Numbered from the stretch's first letter, positions 10,797 through 21,803 are shown. The stretch: 30,806 nucleotides of DNA from Octopus sinensis (GCF_006345805.1 NW_021832353.1:1-30806); one strand, 5' to 3'. A program made the numbers and translations. The notes: generated by a model not told the origin, from the sequence alone.

Positions 10797-11178
10797 ACCC
10801 AGATCGAAAACAGAGAGTTGCTTATTTGCAAAAAAAAAAAAAAAAAAGAAATATAAAATGTGACTTCATTGACCGAGGTACGTGGTCTTTTCCGTAGGCT
10901 TTTCTTTCCACGGGTAAACCTCACCTGTCCTCCCCTTTACACTTCATATTGACATTCTGTGATAACGATCCCTATTGATCATTTTTTCCGCCCCCCTTTT
11001 TTTTTTTTTTTTAACACCCCTTTCTTTTGTCCTCTTTCTCTCCTTTTACGATCCCTTTGGATCGAAACTCCCCCTTCCTTTTTTTTTTTTTTTTTTTTTT
11101 TAATACCTTCAAAAGAAAAGCTCTACCTTGTAATTTGTTCTATCTGTGTGCAGCCCTGTGTGGCTAATAAAGAAAACA
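9244..11178 (+). mobile_element. 5'-truncated Tx1/L1-clade non-LTR retrotransposon with 3' UTR and 20-bp TSD
   Basis: RT and zinc-knuckle motifs (see the ORF2 feature). 3' UTR with A and T tracts ends aataaagaaaaca. tatctatctgtttatctatc is present at both 9224-9243 and 11179-11198. Confidence 0.9.
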
Positions 11179-11189
11179 TATCTATCTGT

Positions 11190-11283
<94 letters not shown>

Positions 11284-11316
11284 GCCTGTCCGTCTGTCTG
11301 CCTGTCCGTCTGTCTG

Positions 11317-11355
<39 letters not shown>

Positions 11356-11356
11356 G

Positions 11357-11413
<57 letters not shown>

Positions 11414-11430
11414 ATATCTATCTATCTAGC
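11179..11430. repeat. (TATC)n/(TGTC)n microsatellite, 3' flank of the LINE
   Basis: Directly visible. Confidence 0.97.
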
Positions 11431-11464
11431 TATCTCGCTGTGTCTTAGTATATACCCAACCATG

Positions 11465-11502
<38 letters not shown>

Positions 11503-11667
11503 AGTGAGAGAGAGAGAGAGAGAGAGAGAGGAGTGAGAGAGAGATAAATAGATAGATATAGATATATGAATGTATAAATAAATGTGTCTGCAAGTCTGTA
11601 TGCATGTGGACTTTGTCCATGGGTGTGTGATGCATGTCCGTGTTTGTATTCGTGTATTATATAATAT

Positions 11668-11698
<31 letters not shown>

Positions 11699-11724
11699 TA
11701 TATTTCTCTATCTATCTATCTATC

Positions 11725-11788
11725 GAAAAGCACTAGATTTGTTATTTTGTCCCCTCCGTGTTTAACCCTGTGTGGTCAATAAAAATAG

Positions 11789-11789
<1 letters not shown>
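11725..11789 (+). mobile_element. ~65-bp extreme 3' end of a Tx1-related LINE embedded in (TATC)n
   Basis: gaaaagcactagatttg...aaccctgtgtggtcaataaaaatag aligns with the LINE 3' end at 11111-11178. TATC repeats lie on both sides. Confidence 0.75.
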
Positions 11790-11819
<30 letters not shown>

Positions 11820-11858
11820 GCTACTCGCTGTGTCTTAGTATATACCCAACCATGTATG

Positions 11859-11889
<31 letters not shown>

Positions 11890-12053
11890 TATTATATATA
11901 TATATAGTGAGAGAGAGAGAGAGAGAGAGAGAGTGAGAGAGAGATAAATAGATAGATATAGATATTGAATGTATAAATAAATGTGTCTGCAAGTCTGTTG
12001 CATGTGACTTTGTCCATGGGTGTGTGAGTGTATGTCCGTGTTTGTATTCGTGT

Positions 12054-12097
<44 letters not shown>

Positions 12098-12118
12098 TTA
12101 TTTCTCTATCTATCTATC

Positions 12119-12186
12119 GAAAAGAAAAGCACTAGATTTGTATTTGTCCCCTCCGTGTTTAACCCTGCGTGGTCAATAAAAATAGT
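12119..12186 (+). mobile_element. Duplicate of the ~65-bp Tx1-related 3' end in (TATC)n
   Basis: gaaaagaaaagcactagatttgtatttgtcccctccgtgtttaaccctgcgtggtcaataaaaatag, flanked by TATC. Confidence 0.75.
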
Positions 12187-12198
12187 TATCTATCTATC

Positions 12199-12260
<62 letters not shown>

Positions 12261-12824
12261 GTATGTACGAACTTACTTACATGCATTCATTCATTCAAAC
12301 ATATAATTTTCTGGTGATAACAGATATAGCCACGTTCTCAATTCATCTCCTGTCTTACAGTACTTAATTTCCTATCTCACAACCCCGCATGTTCACGTTC
12401 CACATTGACCTTTCTCCGTATTTCTAAACTAATCAACGCTGTGCGACGCAATTTCAACACGCTCTCTTAACACTACGTTTCTTTGTTTCTATAAACACAT
12501 TTTTTTTCATGCGTGTGTTATGTATGTGCTGACTTCGTTTGTTTTCAGTTTGAATATGTATTAATGTTCATTTCTGTTCTTGCTTTTCTTTTACATTTGG
12601 CATTTCGTGTGTATCTCATTCTATAGTACGGCATTCTGTAGAGTTTAGCGTATATGCAAAAACATAAACGATGTGAAAAGTATTAGGAAATAGATAAATC
12701 GATTCTCTAAAAAGCTTCTCCTGTTCATACGATAAACTTATTCAACCATATTGCACTGCATCGCTACGTGGTCAGGCTAAAAGAGTCTTTTCATGTATAT
12801 TGTGTTTGTCTGCGAGGGCTTATG

Positions 12825-12889
12825 AGTGTGTGTATATATGTATGTTTAATATATATATATTATAATATGTATATGTATATATATGTATG

Positions 12890-12926
<37 letters not shown>

Positions 12927-12981
12927 CTTATATATATGTATATGTTATATATGTATGTATATATATAATATATATATTATG

Positions 12982-13013
<32 letters not shown>

Positions 13014-13149
13014 ATATATATATATATATATGTATATGTATATATATGTAGGTATATATATATATATAATGTATATATAATATATATATGTATATATATA
13101 TATATATGTGTGTGTATATATATATATATATCTATATATATATATATGA

Positions 13150-13181
<32 letters not shown>

Positions 13182-13315
13182 ATATCACATATTCATATAT
13201 ATATACCTATTATATATATATATACATACATAGATATAATATATATGTATGTATATATATATACATACATATATATATATATATGCTCATATATGTATAT
13301 ATTTATACGTATGTA
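12825..13315. repeat. Long degenerate (TA)n microsatellite
   Basis: Directly visible. Confidence 0.95.
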
Positions 13316-13319
13316 GGTA

Positions 13320-13565
13320 TTTTTTATCTTTATTTGTTTTATTCATTAGACTGCGGCCATGCTGGGGTACAGCTTTGAAGAACTTTATTCAAATGAATCG
13401 TCTGCATACTTATTTTTTAAATCGTGTTACTTATACTATCGATGTCTTTTGCCGAACCGCTAAGTGAGGGAGAAGGAAACACCAACACCAGTTGTCAAGT
13501 GCTGGTTGGAGATAAACAGAGATAAAGACAAAATAAAGACAAGACAAACACCCACACATACACAC
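13320..13565 (-). mobile_element. Diverged 3' half of SINE family N
   Basis: gactgcggccatgctgg, cttttgccgaaccgctaag and ccagttgtcaagtg match 4062-4290. Confidence 0.7.
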
Positions 13566-13724
13566 AGTTTGTCCGACGAACAGGGACGTGAAACTCTGAG
13601 TAACAGCTTTTGTTATATTTCTGCTGCTTTTAAAAAAAGCATTTTACTCTACCTCTGGTATTTGAGTACACTTTTTGCAGCTTGTTTCACATTTATGTGC
13701 TTACTCCGGTATATATATATATAT

Positions 13725-13895
13725 ATATTTCCTCTGTCTTCCCTTCTCTGGATCTTTCCTTCTCCTATGTTTCTGACGAAGAGCTCCGCTCGAAACGTTA
13801 AGCCCTCCTTCTTCCCTTCCTTCCTGAGCGTCCAATAATACTATATTTGTTCCACGTCCTCGCGTTGTTGTGTTTTCTCTTTGTGTTTTCATGTT
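13725..13895 (+). mobile_element. Short non-coding Penelope pLTR-like repeat carrying the hammerhead, between (TA)n tracts
   Basis: Pyrimidine-rich ~170-bp block flanked by TA repeats and containing the hammerhead motif. Class is inferred from the known association of hammerheads with Penelope-like elements. Confidence 0.45.
13769..13803 (+). ncRNA. Minimal type I hammerhead ribozyme motif (Penelope-like element type)
   Basis: CUGACGA (13773-13779), an extra A, stem II GAGC-ucc-GCUC (13781-13791), GAAA (13792-13795), palindromic AACGUU helix III with a GUU triplet, and 4-bp stem I GUUU/AAGC. Confidence 0.65.
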
Positions 13896-13904
13896 TGTAT
13901 TAAC

Positions 13905-13946
<42 letters not shown>

Positions 13947-14269
13947 ATGTTTGTATTTATGTATGTATATATATATATATAATTTGAGATGATATTATAT
14001 ATATGTGTGTGTTTTGTTTATCATTCTTTGAGTTAAGTGACTTGCTGAAAATACTCGCGAAAATTTGTGCAATTTCAAAATAGCAGGTTCCAGCAATGAT
14101 GGTCTTAAAAATTTGAATATATAGCTTGGAAATTGATATACATACGTATAAAAGCTTAATTTTCATTTCATTAGTTATAAATTTATATTTGAATTTAAGG
14201 CTTCAACTGTTTGGCATAATTGGAAATTATTTCTGCATCATATACAATGGCCATTTCACAAATGTCGGT

Positions 14270-14315
14270 TAATAATAATGATGATGATATTATCATCATC
14301 ATCATCATCATAATT

Positions 14316-14355
<40 letters not shown>

Positions 14356-14375
14356 GCAATAATGATTATGATTAA
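14270..14375. repeat. (GAT)/(ATC)n/(AAT)n microsatellite
   Basis: Directly visible. Confidence 0.9.
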
Positions 14376-15461
14376 TATAAGGCCACTCCTGTGTGAAAAA
14401 TTGGTAATTTGGAACAATCAGATGATTGTTGAAGCAAGGATGCGGTTGCCTGTCGGTTTGGGTGTAACACACACGATCACGACTTCGTGTTTTCGTTTCC
14501 GGGTTCGGGTGGTGCGTTGTGTTTGTTTTTAAGCTAAACACTTTATCACTCGTTGATCTGCGATCACTTCGACCTCTAATGTGTGATACTGTGTGCCCAT
14601 GTACAGGAAATTTCGATTTGATGGAGGGAGTGGACTAATATACTGTTCAAATATTTGTGTAGGTTGTTCAGAAGTTGTAGAAATTCCATGTTTATTTGTC
14701 CACGATAGAAGTGTCCACGATTCGTTGGAGTCAAAATCCTATACACTGTATAGTAAAAAATAAGTTTTTACACAATGTATACCGACTATAATGAAGTATA
14801 TAGTTCTCCATCGGTCTCGACGATGATTCGATCTTTCGTTCAGTTGAAGTAGATGTTTACAGGAAGGGCTTGGGAGTTAGTAATCTCGTGTTCGCTTAAT
14901 ATAATCCTGTTACATTATCAGTGCAATAGACTGTAAGAATGCGGTGCCTTTTTAGGGTCCCCAGTTCGCGGATAGGGGAATGACCTATAGATATACAAGT
15001 GAGCTGAGGCTGCTCAAGAAATAGTCCCAGACGAAATCATGGGTTGCCCTTTGGCAAAGCATAGCATCCGTTGGCCATCCAATCAGGTTCACAGTAAAAT
15101 CCTGAAATCTTGAAATCCTGAAAAGTGAGGAAATACCATTATGATTGGAAAACATGATGGCAGTAGGGGATGAAAACTAAGACATAAAAAAAATCCTTTC
15201 TCTTTGGATTTTTTCCCATTTTGCACTACAAATTTTTGCCTGGAAACCCGTCATTTTGACTTGCACTACAATCGTTTATAAGACCGCGGCCATAGACCAG
15301 AAATTAGCGATCGAAAGACATTTGTCCCAGGAAGTTCGACCAGATGATAATGATGACAGTCTATCTAACGGCTTTCTGCACTGTTTGCAATTACCCTCTT
15401 TCACCTAAAAGGAATTTGCTTGATCCCAAGTAATATTAAAACAAATTTGTTCAAGATGCTG

Positions 15462-15520
15462 TCAAATGGGATCGAACCCGTCGACTGCCGACTGCGTACT
15501 TCTAAATCATTCAACCCACT
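15462..15520 (-). mobile_element. Degenerate tRNA-like/SINE head relic
   Basis: The - strand reads gtacgcagtcggcagtcgacgGGTTCGATCCC (B-box). No clear A-box or cloverleaf. Confidence 0.3.
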
Positions 15521-16184
15521 TTGCAACGTAACACTTTTAACAACCTCGTTTTCGGTGTGTATTTTCCCTTTCATAACAAGTATGTTATGACATTCACACT
15601 CCATAACATGCTTGCATTAAAGAAGTCTTTTCACTCATGTGTATTTTAGAAATAAATCTCTGTTTGCATAAAAATTCTTTTCAAAATACTAGCTTGTCTA
15701 AACATAGAGCCCTGTCACTTAATCCCATTCCTCGTGTTTACTCAAATTGTGACTTCAAATTTGTAATTTTTACAAAATGTAAACAAAATCTTTACAAATA
15801 AAACACTTGCTCTTTTTTATATTTCTACGAAAAATTATTTTCTGTTCATTTTCCATTGAACAAAGAACTATTGCCCGTAACACCGTGTAGTTGTTGTTTT
15901 TTTTCATTTATTAGCACTAACTATTGCAGAGAAGGTTACTTTTATAAACATTACAATACCGACAAATGAACCCCTAAATGCTAAATGTTAATTGATCGTA
16001 ATAAATGTGTGGCGGTTACGTCATCATTTGAATGTTTTGTGATTCATGTTTAAGTACCACAAAACAAAACATCATAAACAAACAACAATTTGTTTTTACG
16101 TTATTGGTTTTTGAAATCGAATTATATTAAATAATTGTTTAGATCTTTAAGCTTAAACTTTTTAATTATCCAATGTGTTTTTAG

Positions 16185-16222
16185 AGAAATTTGCCAATGC
16201 GCAGATTCAAAGTTCAAAGTAG
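16185..16222 (+). other. Candidate 38-nt micro-exon
   Basis: Acceptor tgtgtttttag| and donor AG|gtgagg. Two frames are open (EICQCADSKFKV or RNLPMRRFKVQS). No homology support. Confidence 0.2.
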
Positions 16223-16544
16223 GTGAGGTTTGTACCATTATTGGTCCGGAGGTGTCCTCGCCGACTTGTTACAGTTGAGGTTGTAGATGTACTTGTGCCC
16301 TATAATATTATACTATTTATGAAAGAAATCTAAATTTTCGTTTTACCCCCTGACACAAACAATCAAAGACAAAGGTGAACAGCCAAGCCCAGCTTAACCC
16401 ATCGTGGGGCGAAACTCTGAATAGAGTGTCAATTATTGATATAATAAACATACCTGTCCACGCCTGCCAACATGTTCATTTGAGTGTCTGATTATATTTG
16501 AACTACAGTAAATAGCTTTAATATAATTTACAGCCCTCACTTGA

Positions 16545-16720
16545 CAATATATATATGTGTGGGTGTCTTTATCTGTATCTGAGTATGTGTATGTGTGTGT
16601 GTATGCGTATGGGTGAATCTGTATGTGTGCATGTGTTTGTGTATACGCATGTGTCTGTGTATATGTATATAAGTGTGAGCGTGAATGTGTATGCGTGTGT
16701 GTATGTGTGTGTGAATGCTT
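16545..16720. repeat. Compound (TG)n/(TATG)n microsatellite
   Basis: Directly visible. Confidence 0.9.
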
Positions 16721-17275
16721 ATACATTCGTTCTTGCTTTTATTATAGAGCTTGTCGAGTTCTTCAGTTTTGGTGTTGATGTATGGTCCCTAGTACCTCGA
16801 AGGTTTCTTACAGTTTTCCTAGTTGTAGCTCGAGACAAATGTTTCTGCCCTGCTTTTTCCCAAATCTTTTCGCATTACTTGCTTATGTTTAAAAGCAAAA
16901 ATCAGTGTGCATATCCCTATTAGTTTCGTATATCAGATAGAAAGTGGTGAGATTGTGACACATAGCATTACTACTCTATGTTCTCAAGCGTAGCACAAAA
17001 AGCAATGAAACTTTTGTGTACTGAAACTGTACTGAAATCCCAAACACGTTTGCATTACTTGGTCTGTTCTGCCAGACTATTTGTTTCATAAAATCTCTGG
17101 CTGGTACCTGGCTCTAATAGCAACATAATGTAGAATTTTCATGAAATAGAAGTGTGACTAGATGTAACAAATTCAAAGAGCCGTGTATACAAAAATATTT
17201 TTGTGCTATTTTTTGGTAGGATGTAGACCAGTTGAACAACGCTACTACAGGGATGACGATATATTCAGAATCTAA

Positions 17276-17673
17276 GGCGGCGATCTAGCAGAAACGTTAG
17301 CACGCCGGGCGAAATTGCGTATCAGTATTTCGTCTGCCGCTACGTTCTGAGTTCAAATTCCGCCGAGGTTGACTTTGCCTTTCATCCTTTCGGGGTCGAT
17401 TAAATAAGTACCAGTTACGCACTAGAGTCGATGTAATCGACTTAATCCGTTTGTCTGTCCTTGTTTGTCCCCTCTGTGTTTAGCCCCTTGTGGGTAGTAA
17501 AGAAATAGGTATTTCGTCTGTCTCTACGTTCTGAGTTCAAATTCTGTCACGGTCGACTTTGCCTTTCATCTTTTCGAGGTCGATAAATTAAGTACTAGAT
17601 GCGTTCTGGGGTCGATCTAGTCGAATGGCCCGTTCCCCCAAATTTCGGGCCTTGTGCCTAGAGTTGAAAAGAA
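17276..17673 (+). mobile_element. SINE family M dimer: head-body-tail B, then B-box-body-tail A
   Basis: Head ggcggcgatctagcagaaacgttagcacgccgggcg, two gagttcaaatt B-boxes, junction gtagtaaagaaataggtatttcgtctg, terminal tail aaatttcgggccttgtgcctagag. Confidence 0.9.
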
Positions 17674-18959
17674 AGGATATACATACATATACATATCCTA
17701 TATCGATCTTGATAACTAACACTATTCTCTAGGTGGGCCTACCCGGAGATGAAAGTGACGAAACGTTTTCGTTTCGAAGGAGTGGGTATATCTAACTTTT
17801 CGTTTTTTACACAAAACGGGCCCGTCCCTTCATGAAAGAAATACATACGGAAGAACTGACAAAATGAGCTGTACCAATTCTATTTGTGTATGGTATCCAA
17901 CGAATTGCATAACTGCTACTCCCGACATAAGCGTGGCTATATCGGATGCGACTGACAACGGTTTGGAAAGGCTACTTTTCGGAATCATTCAGTTTCATGT
18001 GCTCTGCTTTTCAGTATTATCCCCTCTCGTTTCCTGTATATATTGACGCTTGAACCGCAGCTGCAAAAACTAGAGATGTTAAGAGAACCTCGTGCGAACC
18101 AGGTTACGCAGTAACCGCGTCAGCATTTGAGGACCACGTCATTCAGTGTGTCAAGCACAGAGGCAGAACGAGGTGATTGGCAGCACTTTAAGGCAATACA
18201 AGGCGGTAACAGGAGACAAAAATCAAAGGGGAAACATCAAACTATGCCTACCATACATGTGTATGTTATCCAACGAATATCACAACTGCTAATCTCGTAC
18301 GTTCGCGTAGCTACACCGTTCATAATAGAAGCCAAAATAAAAGAATTTTGGTTCGAGTTACAACCTCATACTTTGGTTATATCGGGTGATTCGTTGTTAT
18401 TAACCTACGCAGAATCAGGAGACACGGTCATCAGCTCCAGCGACAGAACGTGTAGTTGCTCAGATTCTGAAAGAGCAAGATAAGGTTCTGCATTTGGTTC
18501 AAGGCTGCAACATTCATGTGTATAATATAATTGCAACTAGCATACGCTTACTGAAGCAAAGTTCAATCACAGGTATGAAATCAATATTTCAATTTGCCTT
18601 TAGTTACAAGTTCATATATCAAAATTTGTCGATAAGATTGCCGGGATATGAATATAAAAGATCCATTTCAAAAGCCGCGTAGTTTATAGGGTAAGTGAAT
18701 TATTCAAAGTGAATTATTCAAAGTCGGTTTTATGAATCCTTGAGTCTTTAAACACCCTTTGCAAAATGCTGGTTGGTGTCATAACATATTTGCAAAGTGT
18801 CCGAGCTGTGTCACGTAACCTTATAGACTCTTAACCAGGCTATTTCAGTGCGGAAAACCTAGGGGTTCCAACCAGAAATCCACAAAATATGAATTATGAA
18901 AAAATAAATTATAAAATAATGTAAAGAACGTTTTATCCTGAATGTTATTATATATATAA

Positions 18960-19310
18960 ATGCTTAGCGGTATTTTGTTTGTCTTTACGTTCTGAGTTCA
19001 AATTCCGCCGGGGTCGACTTTGCCTTTCATCCTTTGGGGGGGGGGGGTCGATGAATTAAGTACCAGTTGCGTACTGGGGTCGATCTAATCCACTGGTCCC
19101 CTTCCCCAAAATTTCGGGCCTTGTGCCTAGAGTAGAAAAGAATGTTGCTTTGATAATTTTTGCTATTCAGTTCAAATTTCCCCGAGGTCGACTTTACTTT
19201 TTATCCTTTAGGGCTCGACTGAATAAATACCAGTGGAACACTGGGGTTAATGTAAACGACAAGCTTCCTCTTCCAAATATTCAGACCTTGTGTCTATAGC
19301 AGACATGATT
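18960..19310 (+). mobile_element. Two co-oriented SINE family M copies with tail A (18960-19143 younger, ~19160-19310 older)
   Basis: gttctgagttcaaattccgcc...ccaaaatttcgggccttgtgcctagagtagaaaagaat, followed by a diverged second body. Confidence 0.8.
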
Positions 19311-19757
19311 ATTATAATCTCTTAGTCAGGTTTTCTTAAGTAGGCCTAGGGTGAAAGTCATAACAACTACCAACCCATCCGTTTTTCGGTCCTATTAAAA
19401 TTGCAAACTGTGATATGAGTAAGATGTGGCTAGTATTTCTGTTAAGGTCGAGCGACCATGTAAAGACTCCGTCTTTGACTCCTGGATGTCTGATAATTGT
19501 TTAGCTCCAGGTCAGCTATGGTGTAGCAGATCAAGGATCAAAGACATTCCAGCCGGCCGTGACTATCGATTTAGGAAAAATTCTTTCGTGTGTGCAGAGA
19601 ACCCGCCCAAGACCAAATTATACAATGACTCTTATTGAAGATGTTTGAGATTTTTAAACGGAAGCTGGATAAATCGATGAGTAGGTTTGTCTAGTTTTGA
19701 TTTTGCTGTTGCTGTTCAACGTTCCAGCCTTGATTCACCAATCATTATTCATTGAAA

Positions 19758-20020
19758 CAGTGGAGGCACATGGCCTAGTGATTACAGCTGCAAACCTCGC
19801 GGTCGAGGGATCGCGGGTTCGAATCTCAAACCGTGCGATGTGTGTGTTTATGAGCGAAACACCTAAGTTCCACGTGGCTCCACTCTTTCCTCCTGCATCT
19901 TGCAGCTCACCTGCGACGGACCGGCGTCCCTGTCCAGGTGGGGAACCTATACACCAAGGAAACTACTGGGAAACCGGCCCTTATGAGCCAGGGATGGCTC
20001 GAGAAGGAACAACAAAAACA
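19758..20020 (+). mobile_element. Full-length tRNA-derived SINE with V-domain-like body and 11-bp TSD
   Basis: A-box tggcctagtga, B-box gggttcgaatc, body cctgcgacggaccggcgtccctgtccagg...gaaac...ggccc, and an aacaacaaaaaca tail. attcattgaaa is present at 19747-19757 and 20021-20031. Confidence 0.8.
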
Positions 20021-20289
20021 ATTCATTGAAATGTTGCCTTCATTATTTAAAAAAATAAAAACACACAACAAAAAAGCAAATAAGATTTGAGGAAGTATTT
20101 TCTGCGATTTTTACAGTAAGTTAATCGCTTAAAAACCTCATGTTTTTCTAACTGACCCTCATTAAATTTCTGATCCAATAAATATCGCCAAAGTCAAGGC
20201 TCCCAAAGACATGATAATCTCATCTTTTTCGTTTAGAGACAACGCATTTAGAACGGTACTACACAAATGCCTTTACCTTTATAAGATTA

Positions 20290-20679
20290 CTAGCAGTATC
20301 ACCCGGCGTTGCTCGGGTTTGTTTCGACCCTTTAGAATTGGAATTTTTGAAAAGTAAAAATTTGTATTATGTAGCCTTTTATTCTCTTTAAGTGAACATT
20401 TTTCTGGTTGTAATACACTGAAAAATGGCGACACAGCAGTCAAAAAATCGTATAAAATAGGGATTTTCATAGAAAAAATGCACCTTTTGATGTAAATAAT
20501 TTTTGGTCTTAATTTGGTTCAATTTGAATTTTTTCTTCTACAGAATGAAGAGCAAGCCTTCTTCTATCACACTCTCAATTTTGGTCAACTTGCGCCGCAG
20601 GATCTCGGAGAAGATAGTATTAGTTGAAGGCTACCAAACCTGCCATACACAGACAACTTCAGCTTTATATATAGAGAGA
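20290..20679 (-). mobile_element. Complete ~390-bp non-autonomous Helitron-type element
   Basis: The - strand starts A|TCTCTCTATATATAAAGCTG and ends CCCGAGCAACGCCGGG hairpin-tgatactg-CTAG|T. This is an A|T insertion without TSD. Confidence 0.75.
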
Positions 20680-21739
20680 TATCGTGCGATTTAACTGCTG
20701 TTTCTAGCAGGTCAAGTGGCAGTAGACTTTTGTGGATGGTCTCGAGCTCGTTATGTAACTATTGTTTTAGAAGTCACATGCTTTCACTGTGCTGCTAATT
20801 TTTAGTAAACCACCGTTCTCAACGCCTGTCTATTTCTAATACATCGTTATCTGTCTTAATATAGCAACAGAAAACTTTAATCATGTCGAAAAGTAAATTA
20901 ATCAATAGCCGTAATAAGTGAGCTTCTGTGCTTTTTACAAAAAGATAACATGACGGCTTCATTAATCGGGGCTGGATTTTCGAGATGATGTGGATAGTTA
21001 AATTGGAAGATGCTTCGAAACCGTATAATTATCGAATATCGAAAGATCCAAAACAAATTCAGACAGACAGCGTCTAAAGTTAGAAGAAAGCGCCGTGGTT
21101 TTCTGAGAAGCATCAGCAGCTAAAATATCCAAGATGGTGGTGCTTAAGTTATTTTCTGTTTTAGTTTTTGCTGCAATTTTCTGATTTTTGTTTTCTTGGT
21201 GCTCTTATTTTATTTTTTGGCGGTTGTTTTTGCTGTCTTAGTTGATTTTTGCGGTATTTTGTCCGTTTTGTTAATTTAGCTGCTTTCGCCGTGTTCGTAG
21301 GTTTTTGTTGCTGAATTTTTTTTTGTTATTGTTGTTAATAGTTACATTCTGTTCTTGGTTGCAAAGGCATTTATTTCCTACAGGAAATCTTCAGCTCTAT
21401 TGTGCACACCAATGAAACCACCAAAGTGCCCTCTACGTGGTTGCATAGCATGCTGGAAATAATTGCCATACTCGCCTCAAACCAAATTCTCTACGGTCTT
21501 AAACCAATAAGGGACATTGGATAATGTAACACTAGGCAGCCCTAAAAAGGAAGGGTGGGAGGGGGTGGGAGGGAGAGACTCCGATGTGTGTGATAAAGCG
21601 AGAGAGATAAAGAAATAGAGAGTGATAGAAATGGGAAATGAGAGAGGGGGTGAGATAGAGAGACAAACAGAATTAGAGAGAGGATGTTGTGAGGGAGTGA
21701 GAAGGACAAAGAAGTGAGTGTTTGTGCAAATATATATTT

Positions 21740-21754
21740 GTATGTGTATGAGGT

Positions 21755-21803
<49 letters not shown>

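Larger units (their letters stand above)
11427..12260. repeat. Tandem duplication of a ~390-bp microsatellite-rich unit (second copy starts ~11818)
   Basis: ctcgctgtgtcttagtatatacccaaccatgtatg and gtataaataaatgtgtctgcaagtctg each occur twice, about 390 bp apart. Confidence 0.9.

Noticed and set aside
17741-17775. gagatga...gacgaaacgtt hammerhead-like motif
   Set aside because: There is no CUGA core and stem II does not pair.
18695-18724. 14-bp tandem duplication gtgaattattcaaa x2
   Set aside because: Ordinary slippage duplication with no further context.
19762-19835. tRNA gene
   Set aside because: A- and B-boxes are present, but the sequence continues into a SINE body and tail with a TSD. 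No complete cloverleaf is evident. The same applies to the other SINE heads.
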